Below, one piece after another: positions 54,185 to 64,000 of a stretch of 64,000 nucleotides of DNA; positions within the stretch are counted from its first letter, which is position 1, and each line of letters opens with the position of its first letter. The notes beneath the pieces are model-generated. The model was not told the origin of the DNA. It did no database searches and saw nothing but the letters and a program-made list of their open reading frames with translations. Source of the DNA: Rotaria socialis (taxonomy: Eukaryota); the NCBI GenBank assembly GCA_905331295.1, contig CAJNYD010000156.1:1-64000 (forward strand). The letters are read 5' to 3'. Both the position numbers and the translations under genes were made by a program.

Positions 54185-54422
54185 CACAGTTTATATAAAT
54201 AGCATTATGGAATGTATATCTAAAATTCTATTAAAAAAATCAAATGCCTAAGTTTCCTGAGATAATTTTCTCTTTTAAAAAACATATGTTTAAGAACACA
54301 ACAGAAAAATAAAATAAATGATGACTAATTTTCGTAATTGTACAATAATCGATGGCTATACAGAGATATATACATATACATATACACATAAAAGATAAAA
54401 CATATACGGTAAAGTAATAAAC

Positions 54423-56107
54423 TTATTCATGAACAGTACGTTGATTAAGATTAGGATGAAGAGGTTTTATCGTAGAAGCCTTACGTGATAAACCAACCCG
54501 TGATGCTTGAACTGACGGAATAATTATTTTACTTGTAGGAAAACCTACGGGTGCGTTAGGTTTCTTGTTTGAAAGATCAATTGTTGAAACTAAAACAATG
54601 AGAAATGTAGACGAATTAATGGCATTGGCGATATCTCAGCGTTTCCCAAAAGATTTCAAAATTTATCATACTCATTTTGAACAGAAGTAAATTATTTTAA
54701 TTAGCTTGTTAATTGATAGTTTTGTAGCGATTCAATTGAAGAGAAAAACTTGTTTTTAGTTCTATATAAGTTTAGCGAGAATGTTTAAAATGTATTCCAA
54801 GAAAAATTTGGTGTTTGTCTATGTGAATCAATGAAAAAACCTCGAAGACTATTAAAATTACTAATTGATCATGATAACAAGCAAATGTGCGAACGTCGAT
54901 AGTTCGGTATGCTTCTAAAGAAATGTTGTTCTGACCGAAAAATATAAGGTAAGAAGGTAGAAAAGAATCCATAAAATAGTACATTAGTATATTGCTACAG
55001 TTTACCATCAATAGTAAAAGCAATAGACCTCGAAACTTGCTATTTACTTAATATTACGCAGATAAAATAATTTACTCTGACTGAATGCAAAAAAAGAAGA
55101 AATCCAAAAATCGTTTTCGAACACTTTATTAGCTAAATATTTACCTGGAGCTTTTTGTTGGTCTCGTGTCATTGATCGAGATAAGTTCTGTTCAATTGAT
55201 TTTACTGTTGGCATTTCTTTACGATAGAATGAATAAATAAGTATTTATAATTTACGTATTTTTTTAATTATTATTCATCGATCTACCTGCATCCTTTTTG
55301 GTCGCTTCTATTTTACGAGTCACTCGTTTCTGTGGTTCTGTTTTTTCTTCTTCTTCTTCTTCTTCTTCGTTTTCGTCTTCTACTTCTTCTTCCTCTTCAT
55401 TTTCAGATTGTTTTTCATCAATATTCTCTTCTACAATAACATTGTTTATTAGTTATAAAGAAAAATCGTATTTTTTTACCGTCTTCTTCTACTTTCATTC
55501 GTTTTGTTTTCGGCAATGAATTTTCTTCGTATGCATCAATTTCTTTACTTGTTGTTTTTTTATTTTCTTAAATAACAATAGAATTCTAATATTTTTTCTC
55601 TGTAGAAAAAAAAATACTTTACTCTTACTCTTACTTGATACTGTTGATGTATTACTTATATTCTCATTGACATCGTCCATAATCGGAATTTCAATAGATA
55701 CTTCTTTCATTTGTACGATTTCGTTCGAAAGTTTGAGTGCTAAATCAAGTTCTTCTTGTTCAGTTTTTGATAATCTAATTACAGATAAAGTATTAAAGGC
55801 TTTTTTTAAAAGATATGCAATGAACAAACTTTTCTTTTCGTTTTCGTGTTGTTTGTCGACTTGAAGAATTTGATTCTGTAGGTTGATCATTTGATTTAGT
55901 ACTACGCGTTTTTTTACTAATTTCTCCAGCTGAAATAAAATCTGTATGTAGAAAAAAAACGAATTTGAAAAATATGTTATATTAAAAAATATAGACCATC
56001 ATCATCATTTTGATCCTTGTAAGATGCTGTTTTTGTTGCACTAAAATTAAAATAAATAGAAAAAAATAAAACAGACAATAAGATATTTACCGTTTCCCAC
56101 CGGGCAT
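54423..56107 (-). CDS. RAD51AP1: RAD51-associated protein 1-like
   Basis: Eight phase-compatible exons. N-terminus MPGGKRATKTASYKDQNDDDDFISA, UIM-like EQEELDLALKLS, acidic middle, and C-terminal RVGLSRKASTIKPLHP resembling the RAD51-interacting motif of RAD51AP1. Confidence 0.8.
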
Positions 56108-56614
56108 TTTTATCACAAGTATTTAAAACGAAATAAATAGTGTATAATCTGAATAATATAGAATTATGTTTATAATTGAATAATATAAATCAACTAGCAG
56201 AAAAAATGTTTTAGTTTTATATTCATCGAAGGTCTAGAGTCGTTCCAACGTATAGTCAGTCTATAGGTTTATTTATTTCTATGATAAACACAATAATATA
56301 AAAGCTACGGAAGAAAACTTTTTTTTTATGCAATCATAAAAATGCTTGCTATAACTCATTGATCTTTATCAGATCAATTCCATTTTAGGCAAATTTTTCT
56401 TCAATAAATCTTAATCTAAAACAAACAAACGTAAACATCTTCTATAGAACAAAGAATAAAACGTGATTTATACATGCACTGTTAATTTAAAAGAAAAACA
56501 TTTGTAGCATTTATACATAAATTATTTTTATATCTTATTTTCTCTTTAATAATAATACAGAAAAAACAAAATGATCAGTGCAAGTAACGATTTGTATTCA
56601 TCTAAAATTATCTT

Positions 56615-57835
56615 CTAACGATATCCACTGCCATGAATATATTGATCGGATGTCAAATGAGATGTCGATTGAGACAATTGCATTAATTCATGAAATTTCT
56701 CTGCTTTGATTTTTAATTCATGAGCTCGTTTACGATTTTCAATAAAACGGCGTTCAAATTCGGTTACTTCATTTTCAGTTTTTTCACCAGTGAAAAAAGT
56801 TTCGGCTGTTTCCTAAAAACAAAATATACATTCTTTTGTTCAAATATACGGAACAAACACTTGAAAAAAACAATAGTTCTATGATAGAGTTTGATAAGTA
56901 TAGGATTACATTAGCGGTAGTATTGAATCAACTCCTTAAAAAAAAACAGTACAATCGAACTAATCTTCATTTACATCATAACTCATATTGAATAAAAAAG
57001 AAAGAAAAAGAAAATCGTTGATAGAAACCGAAGTAAATGATAGAATATTTCAAAAACTTATCATTGGAATTTTTATATCTAATCAATCGATTCTGTTGAT
57101 AACTAGAAGATCATAAGCGGTAGATAAATGTTTTATTGTACAATATAACTGTAGGATTTTTTTGTATGCTCCTTGTTTTCGCTGGTAGAATAACACCTGA
57201 CCTAGTCTAACTTAATCTAAGTGTAGAATTGCTCATAGTAAATGCTACTAATACATTTTGCAAGATCTTCGCAAAAGAAGAAGAAGATATAAACTTGTAA
57301 AATAAAAATTTAACTCTTTACATCCGTAGATCGTTCGAGTTCAGATGCTGCTGTTTGTAAAAGTACCCAAATCATTTCTGGATTCGTTTCGCCGATTTGT
57401 TCGTCTATAGTAAAAACAAAACATGAATATTATATTTTTACTGTAAATTAATGATTGAATTAGTTTACCATATAGTTGTTGAATTGATTTATATTCATTT
57501 TTTGCTCTATTTACTTCATCACATAATGAAGCTAGTTTCTCTTTTTCATGTATGAGCATTGGTTCTTTATCAAGATTTTGTAAAGCTAAACGTTTTATAT
57601 TTTCTTTTAAACTTTCTTTAATTGTTTCCATTTGTTGAATCTGAAAAAATACTTTCAATAGAAAACAATAATAATATTTAAATAAATTTCATACTTCACC
57701 AAGATTTCCTATCAGTCTTGCAATTTCATCTTCATTGTTAATTAAATTTGCTAGTTCATCTGCATTTTTTTGACTAATAATACTACGTACTTCATTTAAT
57801 GGATTTTCATGATTTGTATAATAACTGTTTATCAT
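56615..57835 (-). CDS. VPS37: ESCRT-I subunit VPS37-like (Mod(r) domain)
   Basis: Four exons: DELANLINNEDEI...NIKRLALQNLDKEP...LLQTAASELERSTDETAETF...FERRFIENRKRAHELKIKAEK. Confidence 0.85.
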
Positions 57836-59653
57836 TTCGTATTAGGAGAAAAAACTTTGAGAGTGAAAATTTATTTGCTTGTTTCGTTCTTTCTCTTTGT
57901 TTGAACAAATAAAATAGGTCATGATTCATTTTGCTACCTGCGTTTTATCATTGCCTTTTCAATCACCAATCAGAATAAAGATGAAATTTTATATCTTTCA
58001 ATTGTTTTTTCTCTTCATTTTAAAACATAAAAATTAGTCATTTTGGTTGTTTTATGAGTTTAAAGTCATAGTAATGTAAATAATAAAATAACTAAAATAC
58101 AAAAAAAAAACATGACTTCCAATTTAAAATGTTACTCATATATATTATTGTCGCACATGACAACAGAAGATTTCGTAAAAAGAAAACACATAAGATTTTC
58201 GTTTAACATTTTGTTTATAATGATACAATTGTATAATTAGAGCAGGAGCTAAGCTTGTTTATAACCAACGAAAAGAGTTGTGTGTTCAACTACTGAGCAA
58301 TTAAAAAAAATGATGCTTTATTCGAAGACGATAAAATGAAACGAACCAAATACGTAGTTGTCTTCTTGTTGTATGCAATGATACAGAATCTGAATTAAGC
58401 TGACGATAATTTTAAAATTAGTAGTACTTTTGTTTCCATGTATGAATTTTGAATGCAGCCGAAATTGCGATTGAGCCAAGCCCGTAGAGACAAGAATTTA
58501 TTCCATGTTTAATCATGTTCAATATTTCCGTAACTACTGTAGTTTTTTTATTATCTTCGTCATATGCTTACTATTTCAAATATAGTAAATAGAATTTGTT
58601 TTCTGTATGACAAGATTTTTTTACCAATAGGTCTTTTTTCTCTGACTGCTTACGAGATATTGTGTGCAATTTTAAAATGCAACTAACGTATTATTATTCG
58701 TTATTACAAATTTTAAATAATTAACCGAATCAAGAGTTCATTAAATAGAACACAAAACACGGTAAAATAAGAAAAAATTTGCTAGACTATTTGAAAAAAG
58801 GATTGAAATAGATTTTATTGATAAAATTTTGCTACTTGGTAATAAGAGAACAATAGTACGTTGTATAAATGCACAAGTTCAAATGATAAAACTTATATAT
58901 GAAATATATTTATGCGGTTAAATCGTAGCTATAAATATTCTTAATTAAGAAGTTATGAAATTGCATTTGTAGTTCTTAAATGTCAACAATTTGTCGGCAA
59001 AGTTGAGGAATTCAAGATAATTCTATTAATAGTTAGTTGAACATTTATGCGTACTGCTCATTAGTCTACACATATGTTATCTGGAGATTCAAAATGAACA
59101 AAATAAATATAATAGCTAAAAAAACCTTCTTCATTGAGACTAAAATGCAATTGTTTTGTTTGAATGATGACAAGTGTTGATAGATCTTCTTAATAGAACA
59201 CTGTATAAAATCAATATTATACTAAGGAAACAAAGAAAACTTATTTTTTTCATCTACTTCGTCGTTTAGATCGAAAACGTGAGAATATCTTCGTTATAGA
59301 AAGAAGAACAAGAAAATATAGAATTATTTAAATATCGTATGTGCTACATGTCAAAAGAAAAATATGTCATAGTAACTGTTAACTAACGATTTCGATCGTC
59401 AATCGAGATCTACTCATCCTCTAGATACTGAAAGTCAAGTAGGATTTCTTATTTGGCGTAGTCCTCATTATGAGTATAGTTATCAACGTCTATTAATCTT
59501 CCGGTTATTAGGTTTGTCGTTGTTGGTTTTTGAATCATTTTCATTGTAGAATACCTTAAATTCCACTACAAACACTATTAAATTTCTAATGCCGGGACGA
59601 TTAATACTAATGGTACAAAGGAGCAAAAGAGCTTTCTTCAAAAATAAAATATG

Positions 59654-59707
59654 TATGTCGTGCCGAAGTTACACTCTTTGCCGAAGTTATAACTTCGGCA
59701 CGACATA
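59654..59707. repeat. Short inverted repeat (collapsed MITE relic)
   Basis: Perfect 18-bp arms TATGTCGTGCCGAAGTTA and TAACTTCGGCACGACATA, with an extra internal TGCCGAAGTTA. Confidence 0.75.
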
Positions 59708-60486
59708 TACATAATAAGCAAATTTTTACGTTATTTTTTATCTGACGTCGAATGGTATATAAAAAATAGCATTTAATGTAGCTTCTAATCATAATCAATA
59801 CTATCCACACTGATATTCTACTAAATACATAAGTTCATCTTCGTTGTAGCAATATTTTTATTTTTTATTATCAATATCAATGGCTACGATGACAGCAATA
59901 AAGACAATATCTATTCACCAGATTGGCACCTAGCTCTTTCATCTTTAGAAGATTTCCCATTAGTAAATAGTTCATATTTTCAATATCGATTAATAGATCC
60001 ATGGTTTTATCTTCATAGACTTGGTTTATATAAAATTCTAATCACAATAACAGCACGATTGATCTCATTTTGTGCTTCATGAAATGTATCACATGTTCTA
60101 TTTGCATTACCATCACAATTCAGTTGGCTATTTAGATCTAATCGTTTATTTACAAATGGTACGATGAACATTTCAACGAATAGTTGGTGAGGATCAGCTA
60201 ATTACTATTTATCAGTAATGCCATTTCTAGTTTCTACTGATATTGACCTTATCAAAAGTGAACCATTTCGTATAGCTCAACAAGAAAATTTTGGTTTTCA
60301 ATTCTTCTGAATGTCTAAATCAAATTCCAAATGCGATGGCAGAATGGTACCGATCGTTAGTTCATCTTCATCAATCAAAAGCATACATAGGAAATAAAGA
60401 AATTAATGATAGAATTATTGATGAATGTTATTTGACATACATGTGGTTAGCATAGAAAATTACGATTTATATTGCATTGCCTTTAG

Positions 60487-60909
60487 TCAAATCAAGATTA
60501 GACCATCTTCCATCAAGTGTTGAAAAAACGTTTGATATTTATTGGGCAAAATTAATTAATTAATTAAATTTCTATGACAAGAAAAAACACGAATTTACAT
60601 GAAACAATTAAAAACCAACGAAAATTTTCACCATTTCGTATTCTACTAGAATCAGATCGATCAGCTAAATCAAAGGATTTACCAGAAACAGTGAATAAAT
60701 CATTAAAAGTTCTTATGTCATTTCGTTTCGATTGGCTATCATTTATTGAAAAAGTTTGGACACGACTAACATGTAATTATGAAGCAAGAGTTTATGCACA
60801 ATACACATTAGATACGATGGGTGAATCAAAATTGGTTGTTCTCAAAAATTTAGCTGAAGCAATAACCAATGCATCCTTACATCGATGTGATCATTTATCA
60901 AATATTTAA
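60487..60909 (+). pseudogene. Isolated coding-like fragment, unknown product
   Basis: An acceptor ending at 60486 opens VKSRLDHLPSSVEKTFDIYWAK, which is broken at a (TTAA)4 run; a 111-aa globular-looking ORF follows. Confidence 0.3.
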
Positions 60910-62292
60910 AAATTCAATTTCTTCTTGCATGACAAATAAAATACAATAGCTTTCGTCTATTTTTTCTTTGAATATAATGCAATACTAGTTGACATTATTT
61001 TTCACTTATGAGTGAACTTATAATGTTTGTCTAATTTTTATGTCACAATAAAAGTACTACTAAAAGAATTGATATTATGCATGCAGTTTATTACATTATA
61101 AACGTAAATATGTTCATGTTTAAAAGCATTTTTGATTTCCGGAGAGAATGATAGAAATGTTCTTTTCATCGTGAAAAAGGAACCTTTTGTATAAATAATT
61201 TCTTATTCCGTTTCTTTTGGTTTCAATAGCTGTGTTTATTTTTTCTAGAATTAATTCTTTCAATCACTATATAAAAATGTAAAAGAATGGTAGCCCTACT
61301 TTCACGGTCATACTTGATCATATGGAAAAAAATGCAGCCATCATTCTACTACACATAAATTATTTTGATCAATTCAAGATTTATTTGATTAATGCTTACT
61401 TTAAGACTTCGTTTCTTCGAACGGAACTTAGTTGATATTCCAATGGTGATTCTGATAATGTTTCAAGGAAAAGCTTCATGCCATTAAATGCATAATTTCA
61501 CGTAGTAGTTCGAAGGTTTTTTAACATCAATGCAAACACTTCAAGATTTGCTTAACAACAGTGAAATTACATGAACTTACATAGTGTATATTAACTTCAA
61601 ATAACTCAAAATCACTTTGATTATCTGAATAGAAATTTTCTATTACAATCAAATTCTTATGCAACAAATTCATAATTATACTCGAGTTAGAAGAAATCTA
61701 GTCGTTTTTAATGTCCAAAATCTCTCAAAATCAATTATAATAATTTTGATTTCAATATATAACAATTTATTCGTAGTCCGACTGGTTTTTTTTCTCCCTG
61801 GAAGCAATATGAAATGTCAAAAATTTTACATAATGATATCAATGAAAAACTTAATTGTCAAGTATCAATGGACTAAGTTAACCGTATAGCAACTGATCAT
61901 TTTTGAGGAATTACAATGATAAATAAAAATGAAAACATTCTTCATTCAGCTCATAGTACCTATTTGCTTGTAGATCGAAATACGAATCTTTATTTACAGA
62001 ATAGCACGGTTTAGGCATACAAATGGACTTGGCATTTTTACTTTAAAAAAATCATTGAAAGTAAAATATTTCAAATATAATGAAAAAAAAAATAGTTCAA
62101 ATCTTTATCCTAAACTATGTTTTAAAATAAAATTTCCTAACCCATAAAACGAAATCTTCGCAATACATAATATTCAAGTAGGATTTTATTGCTGTATTAG
62201 ATATGAAAAAAAACAGATGTCAATTGTTGAATAGATATCTGTAGATAGAAGAACAATCGAACAAAAAACACAAACATCTAAAAAATGTCTAA

Positions 62293-63684
62293 TTAATCGC
62301 CATGAAACAAATGCTTCTTTTTAAAATGATTTGCATGCTGTTGTTGTTGTTTTTTATTATTTAGATTATTAATCAATGCTTCCTTGATAAACAATTTCTG
62401 ATCAGTACTTAATCCGATGGGATATTCAACATCAAAATCAATGATTATATCACCATATTTATCTGGATCTGTCATTAACGGCATACCATGACCTGGTATA
62501 CGTTTTTTATATCCTGGTCTAGAACAAAAACAAGTTATTTCGTGTAGTCTTGTTTTTTTCTTCTTTTCTCTCTCTCAAAAGAATGCATTTTTCTTACCTA
62601 ACAATATCATTAATTGGCACATCGAGAAGTCTTCCATCAAGATGTTCAATATGTAATGTTATTCCAACTAATGCATATCCTAAGGTGATTTTAGCTGTAT
62701 AAATAAGATCTGAATTTTCACGACGAAAAATAGGATGTGGCTTATCTTTGACAGTAAAAACAAGATCCGATGGGATATTATTTGGACCTTGATCACCTTC
62801 GCCTTCAAATATTATTTTTGTGCCGGGTAACCAACCACGTTTAACAGAAATCGAAAGAATCTTCTCACGAATACTTGATTTTATGTCATCGTCATTTAAT
62901 GCCTTGAATAAATATGTAAAAAATTTGAGTAGCAATGAAGAAGACGAAGAAATTTTCTTTGTTTTACTCTTCGACTTATTTTTATTTTCTTTATTGCACC
63001 ATGATAACAATCTTCGAGTGAAAGTAAAAGATCGCGTACAATGGGCGGATCTTTTTTTACTCGGCCACGTCCATCGATTCCACCAAAACCTAAACTTCGA
63101 TTTTGATTTGCAGTTGTATAAAATTCTAAGTACAAAATTGAGTTTTATTTGTGAAAATTTTCTCTTTCATCATTACCTATAAATGGATTATCACCACCAA
63201 AAAAATCTCGAAATATTTTTTCTGCATTTCCATGAAATACATAATCTTCTGTCCATTCCCCATCGGTTCCTTTAATTTCAACAAATATACTGTCTTTTTT
63301 TTCTCTATTTAAGAGATTCAACAATATTTAACCTGTTGGTACACCACGTTTTAAACCTTCATTACCAAATTGATCATAGATGGCTCGTTTTTTAGCTTAA
63401 TCAAAGAAAAAAAATATTTATCAAATAGAATATAAATGAATTGAAACATACGATCACTTAACACATCATATGCTTCGGCTAAATCATGAAATTTATACAA
63501 TACATCTAAATCATCTGGATTTGTTGCTGGATGAAATTTAAGTGCTAATCGATGATATCTATATAAAACATTTATAAACAAAAAAGGTTCACTAAAATCT
63601 TTCATTTAATCCTTACGAAGATTTGATATCAGCATCCTTGGCAATACGAGTTACTTGAAGAATTTCATAATAGTCCTTCGTCAT
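62293..63684 (-). CDS. DNAJB13: DnaJ/Hsp40 type II, DNAJB13 (radial-spoke RSP16)-like
   Basis: [10 protein letters not shown]-domain LALKFHPA (HPD altered), [47 protein letters not shown] and [10 protein letters not shown]; multi-exon. Confidence 0.9.
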
Positions 63685-64000
63685 GTTTACCTTTTGTTTG
63701 AATGCAGGGATTTACTTAAATACATCGGCTTTTTGCCTTGGAAACTAGAAGAAAATTCTTTTCTTGCCATGTATATCTACTTTCACATAGCAACGACTTC
63801 TTTGTTATATTAAGAAAAATAGGCGACATTCATATTAGATTTTTTTTGTTCATTTAGAATCGATCACACAAGTAAATATTGAACTAACGATTTAAATCAG
63901 TACAGGAAAGTTTTTCAAAATTGATTTATCCTGTAAAAATAACTTTTAAACATAGAATTTAGTTATCAAAGTTTGCATCAAAACTCTATGAATAATCGTG

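Noticed and set aside
59850..60400. Coding-like minus-strand fragments (similar ones at about 41760-43200 and 14750-14960)
   Set aside because: Many stops and no identifiable motif; I cannot support a call.
63525..63533. J-domain HPA instead of HPD as a novelty
   Set aside because: Loss of the HPD motif is already known in the DNAJB13 subfamily.

Overview
AT-rich eukaryotic genomic DNA with very short (about 55-65 nt) GT-AG introns. Gene content and repeat types point to a bdelloid rotifer (Rotaria/Adineta-like); this is an inference. The left ~24 kb is a transposon graveyard. It holds the 3' end of an LTR retrotransposon with an extra DEDDy 3'-5' exonuclease ORF, a decayed intron-containing pogo/Tigger element, a deleted piggyBac, CACTA/CMC, hAT and P-like non-autonomous elements (several nested, with readable TSDs), an NHL-repeat exon, gene relics and an assembly gap (9731-9969). 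The right ~40 kb is gene-dense: STRA6-like, C-type lectin/EGF membrane protein, RAD51, cyclophilin, Cys-loop channel, neuronal calcium sensor, two GPCR paralogues (one frameshifted), atypical PKC, a RAD51AP1-like gene, VPS37-like and DNAJB13-like. Two observations stand out. (1) A GC-rich ~200-nt structured RNA element (about 13990-14184, minus strand) with minus-strand-specific G-U pairs and a three-way junction, lying between two alternative 5' splice sites of a TATA-driven micro-exon transcript. (2) A RAD51AP1-like gene that the ORF track misses, about 19 kb from RAD51. All exon structures were assembled by eye and no database searches were run.
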